From Macrostomum hystrix (Eukaryota > Animalia > Platyhelminthes), in the NCBI GenBank assembly GCA_950097015.1, contig CATNEN010000034.1:5332001-5396000 (forward strand): a stretch of DNA of 64,000 nucleotides, given 5' to 3'. Shown in pieces: positions 1 through 12,900 of the stretch. Made by a program: the position numbers and the translations under genes. The first letter of the stretch is position 1. Every line of letters begins with the position of its first letter. A model generated the notes under the pieces. It saw only the letters and a list, made by a program, of their open reading frames with translations. It ran no database searches and was not told where the DNA came from.

Positions 1-7
1 CCAGCCA

Positions 8-1566
8 TCAAGCCGCGGGTGGCGGGTCTTCCGTTCGTCGTCGATTTTTCTTTCGTTGGCCGCGGCCGCGGCCGCTGCCGCCGCCGCCTCCCTTGCGTCG
101 ATTCCTCCTCGGACGGCCGGTGGCCGGTGACGAAGAGGCGGCGATGACACCGGCGCTCGACTGACCGTTGCTGGCTTTCAGGCCCAAAAGCCCCACCCCA
201 CCGCGGCACAGGCCAGCGTCGCCGCCGCTGCTGCCCCTGCTTCTCTGTCGAACATCGCGCCTAATGCTGCGCAGGGCCCGCTGGAAAGCTGGTCGCCGGT
301 TGTCCCATTCGGCAATAAATTTTACGTCGATGGACGCGCCGTCTGGCCCAACGGAGCCCATCACAATGTAACGCTTCCTGGGATTCGCGGCAGCTTCGTT
401 GAGAAGCGGACAGCCGCCGTCTGGGGCGCAGTCGAGGCGCGCGCCGCCAGGCAGCTGTTTATTGCGTCGGCGTCCACCGCGATTCTGACGCCGCTCACGC
501 CGCTCAAGCTGCTGTTGCTCTTCCTCTATCGTCGGCTGCATCAGCTGGCGAGGCCCCGAGAAGAATCGCAGGCGGCCCTTAAACTGGAGGCGGCGGTGAG
601 TGGCCGCTTCAACGGTCGGTGCAGACGGAGATGCGTGTTCAAGGCGAGCCTTCACAACTGAATAGCGGGTTCAGAGCTGATCGTTAGAAAGGCGTTTTTG
701 GAATGTGGATTAATTGCACAAAGGTTTAAGACTTTGAGGGCTGAAGGCCTGATGGTCGATACACAGGCACTCACCGATTTCGTTCATGCAGTAGCCACTG
801 ACCAGCGACTCGTAGCTGGGCTCCCGAACGCAGGCCTGACACTCGGCTGTAAGCAAAAATGAAGAAAGCGGCGTGATTTTTTTGGGCTAAACTAATTGCC
901 GAATTAGAAATTGTCTTCCGCTAATATTTCGGGACTCACCAGATTGAGAAGTCGCACCTGTCACTGCAACGGTAAAGGTTTCAGTTTTATTTAAAATAAA
1001 ATACGCGATTTAAAAAAAGTAAACGAAAATGGAAACCCACGCGTCACCGATCGCTTGATGCACATGAGATCGTCCTCAGGCGGAAATTGCGTACAATTGA
1101 GCATGTCGGGCCAGGCGAAGCCGAATTTGAGCATGATGGCCAGACAGGAGGACTGCACAGCTAAGCAGAGACTGCGACAGGGTTTGATGCTCCGCTCCGG
1201 TAGGCGTTGGATGCAAACTGGCGCGTAGATGGAGCACAGCAGGACCCGGATCTCGCGATGGCAGGCTGTCTTCACCAGCGGCATCCAGTGCTGAGCCTGG
1301 TCCTGGACCTCCTTGGCGCTCTCATGGTTCAGCATGTTGGGCAGACGCATCTCACTGTAGCCGATGCCGTAGCACATTTCCATTGTGCTGGGAATCGGCA
1401 CGCAGCGGTGATTGACGGTCCCGGCGGAATCCCACGCGGAGCCGAGCGGCGGCGACTCCGGCAGGTGCCACTCTGGTGGTCGCGATTCTGACGGAGACGC
1501 TTCGGCTGATGCGACGGTTGCTAGGCAACCAAACAAGGCGAAGGTGAACGAAGCAAGCGGTGGCAT
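8..1566 (-). CDS. SFRP: Secreted frizzled-related protein (signal peptide + Frizzled CRD + NTR domain), 4 exons, ~423 aa
   Basis: Exons 1566-1041, 963-940 (24-nt microexon), 846-775, 657-8; GT/AG junctions all phase 1. CRD pattern CVPIP..MEMCYGIGYSEMRLPNMLNH..WMPLVKTACH..LCSIYAPVC..PCRSLC..C..FGFAWPDMLNC; NTR start ECQAC..YC and KRYIVMG..W. Confidence 0.92.
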
Positions 1567-2369
1567 CCTTCGCAGTCTCGTCCTGTTCTCGATCTGCCCG
1601 GCTACTCTTTCCCAGGGCCGATTTTTTGTTATTCTTCGAATTGCGCGGCCTTATTATCTTGCCAGGAGGAGGGGGAGAGCGGCGGCGGGGCGGGCCTGCA
1701 GATAGGAAGGCGAGCGACTAAAATTAATGGACGACCATAAGGCGAGGGCCAAGCGTTAGGATGGAGTATGATGATGCTGCGCCGTTTGATGCATAGCTGG
1801 GAGTGGCAAAGCAAGCCGGCTAGATCAAAGGCTCGGCTAGGAGGGTGGGAAGGGCCAGCCGCCTACCGAATGCCAACCAGATGGCCTGCCGTTGTCTGCT
1901 GCTTTCTAGGAAACGAGGCGCGCTCGATCATGTGTTAGCGAAGCGGAAATCTTCAATCCAAATTATTTTTATTATTCATCCCATCGGAGCTCGTGCGCTT
2001 ATGATTATTCATCATCAATCAGAACCGCGGTAGTCTAGGGTTCCGAGGATTTTGCAGCTCATTTGGCACACTGGCAGAAGAATTCCGGTGGGATGGGGGT
2101 AAGCTAATCGGATACTGAAGAATGTCATGGCCTTCCAAAGCCAAGTTTTCTGCTGCGGTTTATTTCTGGTCAAGCAAAAATTCCAGCGGCTTCTAAAAGC
2201 ACAAAAACACTGCCAGGCGAAGCACTGATAAATAATCAATAATGCGGCCACTTGCTTAGATGGTTGCGCTTTAAATTCACTAAAATATTAGCAATCGATG
2301 GACAGTGCGAATGAGGTGGTGGACGAAGTCGATGTGTCACATGTGCCTCATGTGTGAACCTGCCTCTCC

Positions 2370-2595
2370 CAGAGAAGGCTTGGCGGCTCGTCGGTGTAAA
2401 ATCACGCCCTTGAGAGCCAACCTACAAGGCTCACAGTGAGACTGTGAGCCTGACGATGAGAAAGTCAGGTCAGATGTGCACACCTGTGTGCGTGTATGCT
2501 CAGGAGTCAGCGAAATTGCCTCATCGCTGGCTGCAGGTCTAGTGTCGCCAAAAATTATTCCAGTGCCCACAGCCACCGCAAATATTATTATTATT
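2370..2595 (+). mobile_element. SINE family A, 5'-truncated copy
   Basis: Shares CTGACGATGAGAAAGTCA..CACACCTGTGTG..GCTCAGGAGTCAGCGAAAT core with the copies at 2975, 4370, 11321 and 43748; ends in an (ATT)n tail. Confidence 0.75.
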
Positions 2596-2974
2596 ATAGT
2601 AAGCAAACATTCGAACAAACGTTTCACATGCACTATTTCATTAGCGTGCTAGAAAATGTATTAATTTTCGTATATTTTGCTAGAAAACAAAATAAAAAAA
2701 GCTGGATAGACTAGAGAATAGTGAAACACACCAGAAATCAACACTTCACTTTGATCGCGGAAATCTAATCATTTGCGCAGCGACGCACAAACTGTAGCCC
2801 GTGTGCGGAAATGCATTCCCACGTGCTGTCAAGCATTTGTCCTAAATCCGGGCCAACGAAGTTGATTTGTCGCATGTGCGAACTTACAGCTTTCTGTTAA
2901 AATTCGCTTGTATTTCGGCGCAAAAACAAAATCAACGAACTGATCTTCGGGAGTCCGTTTGGTGGAACCTTTAA

Positions 2975-3305
2975 TTCCAGTGGCTGAGCGGTCTGACGCG
3001 TTTACCTTTACCACCAAAGTCCCTAAGCTCAATTCCGCGGCGAGGCCACATTCACGGAGAGGCTTGGGCGCTTGTCGATGCAATTTACGCCCTAGTGGGC
3101 TAACCTCCAAGGCACGGTGAGAGTGTACGCTTGTCTGGCGATAAGAAATTCATGGCTGATGTACACATCTGTGTGAGCATGTGTCTGCGAACAGTATCTG
3201 TGTGCGTGTGTGCTCAGGAGTCAGCGAAATGGGCAGAATTGCCACCTCACTGGCTGCGGATCTCCAAATGATGTGCCACTGCTCGCAGCCCTCCAGCAGA
3301 TATAA
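2975..3305 (+). mobile_element. SINE family A (tRNA-derived head)
   Basis: A-box-like GTGGCTGAGCGGT and B-box-like GCTCAATTCC followed by the family A body. Confidence 0.75.
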
Positions 3306-3801
3306 TTACCGAGGACCACTAGAATTAGAACCACTAGGACCAATAGGACAAGAAACTATGTTTCTTAGAAAAAAATTGAAGGCTGGTTTTCGTGAGAAAA
3401 GGTCTTCTTTTGATTAGGATCAAATTGTAATGTATAAAACTTTATAACATTCGGTAGAGCAACATGTTAGGCAAGTTCTATCAAAAGAACAGCTTTGTAT
3501 CTGCTTCTAATCAAAAGCGGTCACCATTTTAATCTGAAAAAAACGAAAATTTCTCAGTAGAGTATTTTTTCGCCAAAACCTACCTTCAAAAGTTTTTCTA
3601 AGAAACATAGTTTCCCGTCCTTCTACTCCTATACGGTCAAATACTCCAATTATACTCCAAGGCAGTGACGAAGGCTTAAAAAAGCGGTTAAAAAGAAAGC
3701 AGGTTAGATCTTAAATGTTTTATTTACGCTTGTATTTGCATAGCTCAAGTGGGTTTCGGAGTTTTTTTTTGGTTGCCATATCTTCAAGAAGATATTAGCG
3801 T

Positions 3802-6800
3802 TCAAATATCAGTTAATGAACTATCAGGCAGGCACCAGGCAGGACAGCCCCCAGTTGTCAGCAGGGCTGCCGCCAGAGCGTTGACAAAGTTGTGACAATT
3901 GTTGCACAGCAGCGAGTAGTTGCCAGCAGCCAGCTGGTAGTTCCGTGCGCAGCCCATTGCGCAGGCCATACCGCCCGGAGCCCGCGGCCCTGAGCCTAGG
4001 CTGCGCAGGACGCCGTTGGCGCACCTGTCGGAGGCGAACGGCCGGTCGTGAACCAGCACGGAGCTGGAGCGCTTGTCGCCAATGAACTCGAACACTTTGC
4101 CATTGTAGCGCAGCCAGCTGTGCCGGAACGGATTCCAAGGAAAAGCGAACCAGCGCTGATGAAAGATCCAGCATTTGGCTGCAGAGGGGCGCGGCATTTG
4201 GTCGGCTATTCCGTTGCCTAGGCAACTAGCTGGCCAAGTGCCACCTAGTAGGACGTCTGTACTGTTTTCTGGCTCCGTTGCTGCAGCTGCTGCAGATTTA
4301 AAATCGTACAGCATCTGGGGGGGTAGTGTCAATTAGAGATGTCAAGTTTGAGTCTGAGTCAAGGAAAACAATTTACTGCAGAAGGGCTGATGGCAACGGT
4401 ACATCATTTGGTGACACTAGACCCCGCAGCCAGCGAGAGATCCATTCTGTCCATTCCGCTGACTAATTGTGAGCACACACGCACACAGGTGTGTACATTT
4501 GCCTTGAATTTCTCATCGTGTACACTCGTGCACAGGGTACACTCTCACTGTGCCTCGGAGGTTGGTCCTTAAGGGCGTAAATTGCGCGACAAATAAATGT
4601 GGCCTCGCCGCGGAATCGAGCTCAGGGACCTTGGTGCGAGAGGCAAGTGCGATAACCGCTCTGCCGCTTATGTGACTCACCCCACAATTACTTCCTTAAG
4701 TAATTAGTAGTGCAGTGGCCGTATATAAGGGCGAATTAGTTCATTAGGGGTTCATTCTTGTGATAGGGTTTCGTGTAATAGGGGTGTATTAGTGTCATAG
4801 GGGGCATTCGTGTAATAGGGGTGTATTAGTGTCATAGGGGGCATTCGTGTAATAGGGTTGTATTAGTGTCATAGGGGACATTCGTGTAATAGGGTTGTAT
4901 TAGTGTCATAGGGGGCATTCGTGTAATAGGGTTGTATTAGTGTCATAGGGGGCATTCGTGTAATAGGGGTGTATTAGTGTCATAGGGGGCATTCGTGTAA
5001 TAGGGTTGTATTAGTGTCATAGGGGACATTCGTGTAATAGGGTTGTATTAGTGTCATAGGGGGCATTCGTGTAATAGGGTTGTATTAGTGTCATAGGGGG
5101 CATTCGTGTAATAGGGTTGTATTAGTGTCATAGGGGGCATTCGTGTAATAGGGGGTATTAGTGTCATAGGGGGCATTCGTGTAATAGGGTTGTATTAGTG
5201 TCATAGGGGGCATTCGTGTAATAGGGTTGTATTAGTGTAATAGGGTGTATTCGTGTAATAGGGGTGTATTAGTGTCATAGGGTGTATTCGTGTAATAGGG
5301 TGTATTCGTGTAATAGGGGTGTATTAGTGTCATAGGGGGCATTCGTGTAATAGGGTTGTATTAGTGTCATAGGGGACATTCGTGTAATAGGGTTGTATTA
5401 GTGTCATAGGGGGCATTCGTGTAATAGGGTTGTATTAGTGTCATAGGGGGCATTCGTGTAATAGGGTTGTATTAGTGTCATAGGGGGCATTCGTGTAATA
5501 GGGTTGTATTAGTGTCATAGGGGGCATTCGTGTAATAGGGTTGTATTAGTGTCATAGGGGGCATTCGTGTAATAGGGTTGTATTAGTGTCATAGGGGGCA
5601 TTCGTGTAATAGGGTTGTATTAGTGTCATATTAGGCATTCGTGTAATAGGGGTGTATTAGTGTCATAGGGGGCATTCGTGTAATAGGGGTGTATTAGTGT
5701 AATAGGGTGTATTAGTGTAATAGGGTGTATTCGTGTAATAGGGGTGTATTAGTGTAATAGGGTGTATTCGTGTAATAGGGGTGTATTAGTGTAATAGGGT
5801 GTATTAGTGTCATAGGGGGCATTCGTGTAATAGGGGACATTCGTGTAATATGGGTGTATTAGTGTATTAGGGGGCATTCGTGTAATAGGGGTGTATTCGT
5901 GTAATAGGGTTGTATTAGTGTCATAGGGGGCATTCGTGTAATAGGGGTGTATTAGTGTAATAGGGGGTATTCGTGTAATAGGGGTGTATTAGTGTAATAG
6001 GGTGTATTCGTGTAATAGGGGTGTATTCGTGTAATAGGGGTGTATTAGTGTAATAGGGTGTATTAGTGTAATAGGGTGTATTCGTGTAATAGGGGTGTAT
6101 TAGTGTCATAGGGGGCATTCGTGTAATAGGGGTGTATTAGTGTCATAGGGGGCATTCGTGTAATAGGGGTGTATTAGTGTCATAGGGGGCATTCGTGTAA
6201 TAGGGGTGTATTAGTGTAATAGGGTGTATTCGTGTAATAGGGGTGTATTCGTGTAATAGGGTGTATTCGTGTAATAGGGGTGTATTAGTGTATTAGGGGG
6301 CATTCGTGTAATAGGGTTGTATTAGTGTCATAGGGGGCATTCGTGTAATAGGGGTGTATTAGTGTAATAGGGTGTATTCGTGTAATAGGGGTGTATTAGT
6401 GTAATAGGGTGTATTAGTGTAATAGGGTGTATTCGTGTAATAGGGGTGTATTAGTGTCATAGGGGGCATTCGTGTAATAGGGGTGTATTAGTGTCATAGG
6501 GGACATTCGTGTAATAGGGGTGTATTCGTGTAATAGGGGGTATTAGTGTAATAGGGTGTATTCGTGTAATAGGGTGTATTAGTGTAATAGGGTGTATTAG
6601 TGTAATAGGGTGTATTCGTGTAATAGGGGTGTATTAGTGTAATAGGGGGCATTCGTGTAATAGGGGTGTATTAGTGTAATAGGGGGTATTAGTGTAATAG
6701 GGGTGTATTAGTGTAATAGGGGGTATTAGTGTAATAGGGGTGTATTCGTGTAATAGGGTTGTATTAGTTTAATAGGGTGTATTAGTGTAATAGGGTGTAT

Positions 6801-8072
6801 TCGTGTAATAGGGTTGTATTAGTGTAATAGGGGGTATTAGTGTCATAGGGTGTATTCGTGTAATAGGGGTCTATTAGTGTCATAGGGTGTATTCGTGTAA
6901 TAGGGGTTTATTAGTGTCATAGGGTGTATTCGTGTAATAGGGGTCTATTAGTGTCATAGGGTGTATTCGTGTAATAGGGTTGTATTAGTGTAATAGGGGG
7001 GTATTCGTGTAATAGGGTGTATTAGTGTAATAGGGGTGTATTCGTGTAATAGGGTTGTATTAGTGTAATAGGGGGGTATTCGTGTAATAGGGTGTATTAG
7101 TGTAATAGGGTGTATTCGTGTAATAGGGGTGTATTCGTGTAATAGGGGGTATTAGTGTAATAGGGGGCATTCGTGTAATAGGGGTGTATTCGTGTAATAG
7201 GGTTGTATTAGTGTAATAGGGGTGTATTGGTGTAATAGGGTGTATTCGTGTAATAGGGTTGTATTAGTTTAATAGGGTGTATTAGTGTCATAGGGTGTAT
7301 TCGTGTAATAGGGTGTATTCGTGTAATAGGGGGGTATTAGTGTAATAGGGGGTATTAGTGTAATAGGGGGTATTAGTGTAATAGGGGTGTATTCGTGTAA
7401 TAGGGTTGTATTAGTTTTATAGGGTGTATTCGTGTAATAGGGGTGTATTCGTGTAATAGGGTTGTATTAGTGTAATAGGGGGGTATTCGTGTAATAGGGT
7501 GTATTCGTGTAATAGGGGTGTATTCGTGTAATATGGGTGTATTCGTGTAATAGGGGGCATTCGTGTAATAGGGGTGTATTAGTGTAATAGGGTTGTATTA
7601 GTGTAATAGGGGGCATTCGTGTAATAGGGGTGTATTCGTGTAATAGGGGTATATTCGTGTAATAGGGGGCATTCGTGTAATAGGGGTGTATTCGTGTAAT
7701 AGGGGTATATTCGTGTAATAGGGGGCATTCGTGTAATAGGGGTGTATTCGTGTAATAGGGGTATATTCGTGTAATAGGGGGCATTCGTGTAATAGGGGTG
7801 TATTCGTGTAATAGGGGTATATTCGTGTAATAGGGGGCATTCGTGTAATAGGGGTGTATTCGTGTAATAGGGGTGTATTAGTGTAATAGGGATGTATTGG
7901 TGTAATAGGGTGTATTCGTGTAATAGGGGTGTTGGCACTTGTTGTTGAGTATTGTTTTCAAAATGCTCGTAAGTGCCAATAGTAAGTGCTTTAGCATGCA
8001 TACCCGGTCAGGCCATGCAGATGTACCGAAGACTGTCAAAGTCAGAAGAAACAACATTAGTGTAGACTGCAT
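3802..8072 (-). CDS. Secreted PPPDE/DeSI/LRAT-like permuted papain-fold protein, 2 exons, ~193 aa
   Basis: Exon 1 8072-8004 (MQSTLMLFLLTLTVFGTSAWPDR, signal peptide-like, donor GTATGC). Exon 2 4314-3802 after CTAAT branch point and CCCCCCCAG, phase 0 match. His motif RHSWLRYNGKVFEF and Cys motif YSLLCNNCHNF. Confidence 0.7.
4370..4670 (-). mobile_element. SINE family A, in the intron of the PPPDE-like gene
   Basis: Reverse complement of the family A sequence (GAGCTCGATTCCGCGGCGAGGCCACATTTATTTG..). Confidence 0.8.
4745..7935. repeat. Minisatellite of two related 17-18 bp subunits (TATTAGTGTCATAGGGGG / CATTCGTGTAATAGGGTT), ~35-bp dimer
   Basis: Directly visible tandem array of ~3.2 kb filling an intron. 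Confidence 0.97.
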
Positions 8073-8725
8073 TATTCTATAACTTGCATAGTTATTGATA
8101 CAGAATATAAGAAATAAATAATTAAGCTAGGTCTAGCTCGTTGCAACTATTCAGGCAGCGGTGCTAAAATGCTAAAATATGGAATGAGTCATGCAACTCA
8201 AATGTGTCGCAGTCTTTTATAGATAAAAAATGGACACACCGTTGTAGACTTGTTTGAATTGAGCTACAATCAGCCAAGCGTACATTCTCTAGTTGCTGAC
8301 ACACGCGTGAAGAAAGAAGACACAATACTCTAGCTCACTAATAGATAGTTTCTGCAATTGCCAAAACACACAATCAACATTTGTACGCCTAGTTGAATAA
8401 GTAAATAGTTTTTTGGATGCACAGTTGTATTTTTAAATCAATTAATACACCAAAAACTGTCGTTTAATTGCATTGTAATGAAGATTCATTCAAGGGAAAA
8501 CACAATTCACAGGTTCGACGAAAATAAGTAGCAAAAAATGACGTGGTCGACAGTGCAATAAGAAAATAAAATTTACATCCTAAATCAAGTGCTAACATAA
8601 CTACGAGTATATTAACCACTGTCGAATGAAAATTGGTGTCTAGAGAGTAGAAATAATTAAGCTATGAACATGTTAATAATTGTCGTGCAACTAGGCGCGA
8701 AATCCCTCTTGGAGATTGTCTAGAG

Positions 8726-9502
8726 CAGGGGTCGGCAACCTTATATACCCCGCGGGCTAAAGAGAGAATCTTAAAGACGACGGCGGGCCGCATGAAGAAA
8801 GGGGAGAGATCAGACAGGTGAGAGATGAGAAAGGTGAGAGATGAGAAAGGTGAGAGATGAGACGGGGGAGATAAGAGGCAAGAGAGATGAGACGGGGGAG
8901 ATAAGAGGCAAGAGAGATGAGACGGGGGAGATAAGAGGCAAGAGAGATGAGACGGGGGAGATAAGAGGCAAGAGAGATGAGACGGGGGAGATAAGAGGCA
9001 AGAGAGATGAGACGGGGGAGATAAGACGCAAGAGAGAGATAAGACGCATGAGACGGGGGAGATAAGACGCAAGAGAGATGAGACAGGGGAGAGACGAAAA
9101 ATGGGAGAGATGAGACAGGGGAGAGATGAAAAAGGGGAGAGATGAGACAGGGGAGAGATGAGACACGGGAGAGATGAGACACGGGAGAGATGAGACAAGG
9201 GAGAGACGAAAAATGGGAGAGATGAGACAGGGGAGAGATGAAAAAGGGGAGAGATAAGACAGGGGAGAGATAAGACAGGGGAGAGATAAGACAGGGGAGA
9301 GATGAGACTAGGGAGAGATAAGACAGGGGAGAGATAAGACAGGGGAGAGATAAGACAGGGGAGAGATAAGACAGGGGAAAGGTGAGACAGGGAGAGATGA
9401 GATAGGGTGTACTGTAGAGTAGGTGTTAGGAGGAGCTAAGGGCCAGATTTGGGAGCTTTGAGGGCCGCATCTGGCCCGCGGGCCGGAGGTTGCCGACCCC
9501 TG
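8726..9502. mobile_element. Non-autonomous hAT (Charlie/Buster-like) MITE, 777 bp, with an internal GA-rich minisatellite
   Basis: TIR CAGGGGTCGGCAACC / GGTTGCCGACCCCTG; perfect 8-bp TSD GTCTAGAG at 8718-8725 and 9503-9510. Confidence 0.95.
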
Positions 9503-9947
9503 GTCTAGAGGGATTGACCGACGGGAAATCCTTCTAGGGGATTTTTCGGGAGTTTGTGACTGGCGTAAAAGTCCCTAAAAGGGTTTGGGGGTAGGGTTTG
9601 ACTGACAGACGAAAGATAAAATCCTTGTAGAGGATCTCGTCAGTATAGATTGATTAGAAGAATGAACATACAAGTTAGGTTTAGTTAAGATCAAACGGAA
9701 TAGAGAAACAAACAACAGAAAGCGCTAGGAATTTTCGCTCGATTGAGCGCAAAAGTGTGCAATTTTTTATTTAAAAAAACGAATCCTACTTATAAAACTA
9801 GCCGTAAAATGATAGAGGAGAATGTTTACACAATAAAGAAAGTTGTTTACTTAGACAAGAACAGAGAACCAAGTTTGAGATGTGCAGCGCCCAGAAAAAT
9901 TATATAATAGCATAGCGGATGACCAATACTAGTCTTTGAGCAATTAT

Positions 9948-12900
9948 TTAGGCTTTGCTCAATTTCTGGAACAAATTGCCGCTTTCGCTTTGCCGTTCAA
10001 CCAGCGGCTGCAGCTGCTTGCCAGGCAGCAGAGGCGGTGTTCCAGAACTTGACGCCGCTTCGGCATCCTCCGCCTCCATGTCCTCGACGTCGCCATCGCC
10101 GTCATCTGCGTCGACGTCCGTGTCGGCCATCGGCGGCGGCGTCGGAGTCGGCTCGCCTTCGTCGACTTCAACAACAATGTCCGGCGGAGTTTTATTATTA
10201 TCTTCAGCGTCAGGACTCTCGTGTAGGGTTGGTAGGATCTTCGTTCCCGAGGTACAGGTGTCGCAATCGCCTCCATTAGCGTGGCCATTGTCGACCGCCT
10301 TGTCGGTGACAATTTTGCTAGTCGAAACCGCATCCTCGACTTCGTCGTCTTCGTCTGACGAGGACGGACAGTCGCCAATGAGGCAGCGAAATGTTGGATC
10401 GCGCAGGCCAGCGCGAAGACGCTGTCGCACACTCTCGGCTACTCGCAGAGCTCGGGCGGGCAGCTGCCGGAGGGCGCGGGTGGCCTCAGCAACGGCCTGC
10501 TCCGCTGTCATCTCCGTTGTAGACGACATCGACTCCTCGGCGTCCGTTCGCCTACGTCGACGACGTCTGGCTACTTGACGACGCTGCTGCTGATGCGGCG
10601 GCGGTGGCGGAGGCACAGTCGACGTTGCCTCGCCTCCGTCACCGTCGATGGCGGAAGCGGCCAGCAGAAGGCCTCCGTCTCGGCGTTCCCGGCCAAGCCG
10701 CCTATAGTCGCCGTCGGTGAGGCAGATCTCGCTGGGATCCAAACAGTCCGTCGCCAATTGAGGCTGCGCCGAGCTCTCTTCCGCAGCGCTGCCCGCAGCC
10801 GGCGGCTCTGAAGGCTTAGCCTGCGGCTGGTGAGCTTCTTCCAGAGGCGGAGCTGGCTGAGGCAGAGTCGAACGGAGCAGCTGCTGATTGTCGTAGATTG
10901 TGGCGCCGATGTGAGCATCGGCCAGCTGGCGCCAGTCCTCCGGTTTTAGGCGCCGCAGCGATTTGTTTTTTCGCGTCGGCTTCAGCTGCATGGCGGCAAT
11001 GCGCTCGCCAGTTACCAGCAATTGACGCTTGAGCTTCTCCCTGCGCACAATCAGATAGCAGAGATTGCGCACCCGCTCCATGTCGTGGCGCAGGCAGACA
11101 AACATCTGGGCCCGTTCGGCCAGCCTGCGCTCCTCCGAGTTCACGGGGCGCAGGGCCTGATCGTCAGGCTGCTCCAGCAGCGGCCGACAACCGTTGGCCT
11201 GGAGGGTATCAAGCAACACTTTGTCGATAATATGTTTAGTACCGCCACAAGCAACCCAATTGGTACCTCAGCTCATACTGCTGATGAACTGAAGCTACGA
11301 GGAACTAAGCGTTTCACTTAGGGTGTCGGTGGCAGAGCGGTTAACGCGTTTGCCTCTCGCACCAAGGTCCCTGAGCTCGATTCCGCGGCGAGGCCACATT
11401 TATTTGGGGCGCAGCCGCGGAGAGAAGGCTTGCGGGCTTGTCGTGCAATTTACGACCTTTAAGGCAACCTCCAAGGCACAGTGAGAATGTACACTGCCTG
11501 ACGATGAGAAAGTCAAGGCAGATGTACACACCTGTGTGTGCGTGCTCAGGAGTCAGCGAAATAGCCAGAATTGCTTCCTCGATGGCTGCTTATCCAGTGT
11601 CACTAAATCATGTGCCATTGCCCTCAGCCCTCCTGCAAAAATAGAATATTTTTTACTAAGCGTTTCGCTAATGACAAAAGAATGTTTTTCTTCGAGTGGA
11701 GATTAGATCTGCTGATCTCACGTTCAGAAGTTTTAGGCTGAAATCTCTTGACAACAGTGTCCCAGAGTGTAAGGTGATAATCAAAGACACAAACAAGAAC
11801 AAGACAGAACTAACCGTTCTCTTCAGCTTCCAATAGTCCAACAGTAGCGAAAGCGTTCCGCCATCAATTTTAACTGGCGCCATCTTCGCAATGAGCTCGT
11901 CCTTGGTGAACAGAGCATAGAAATTAGCCTCCAATTCTTTTAGCCTGCGGAACAGAAACATAGATTTTCATGCATTGTCCATCAACTTAGGGCAGCAAGA
12001 AGGGCTGAGTCGATTAGAAAGCTACTCACAATAGATTCCGCTGATTTTCCTGCCCGTCCGGATCGTCGCCATCGGCAGCCATCTTCGCCGAATCGCCGTT
12101 CTGGGCGGCATCTGTCGCAGCCGAAGTGATAGCGGCAGCCAGAGAGTCATCAATGCCTTCTGACTTCGGTCGCGATCCACTATCTGGCCCAATGTCATCT
12201 TCATCCATGCCGGGATCCTCCACTTTGACCATTGCAGAAGCTTCCTCATCCGGCTCCTCTTCAGCCGCCGATGTCGCCTTCGCCGACTCAGCAGCGGCGT
12301 CTTCATCGAGCCGAGGTCGTTTCGCCTCGAAAGACGAATCCTGGCCGCTCGCGTCACCATCAGCTGGTTCCAGTCCAGTCTCCGCGGTCTGATGACCCGG
12401 CGGGCCTCGCTTTGGCCGTCCGCGACCTCGACCGCGACCCCGACCGCGGCCGCCTTCGCCACGGACATTTGGACCGCCGCCAGCCGAGGAGCATTTTGGG
12501 CCGCGGGCCTTGTTAGGCGAGCTGTGCGGGGTGACGCCAGTCTGGCGAAATTTGTCGCCATGTCGCTCGCAGTACGCCAGGTTGCGTACATCGCCTGCCG
12601 ACAGGACCTAGGTAGAAATATAATTTGTGTAGATTTATTGTATTGCATACAAAAATTGTGTCGTAGTTCACTGCTAAGCACAAAAGTTATAGTCAGTTAC
12701 TATCAGAAAAAATCTGAACTTCGCAAAAACTGGGAACTTATCAAGATAGGCGCCTTTCGCAGCGACCGGGAATGTCTCAAGGTGTCCTTCGTGTATCGTG
12801 TATCAACAGGGAATGTGTCAAGGTGTCCTTTGTAGCAACAGGAAATTCGACAAGGTGTCCTTCGTAGCAACCGGGAATGTCTCAAGGTGTCCTTCGTGTA

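Noticed and set aside
5921-9198. YYTNTP and SHLSP repeat ORFs
   Set aside because: Satellite and MITE-internal repeat translations.
11488-11560. Hammerhead ribozyme in SINE family A
   Set aside because: CUGACGA and GAAA are present but no valid stem II or stem III could be built.
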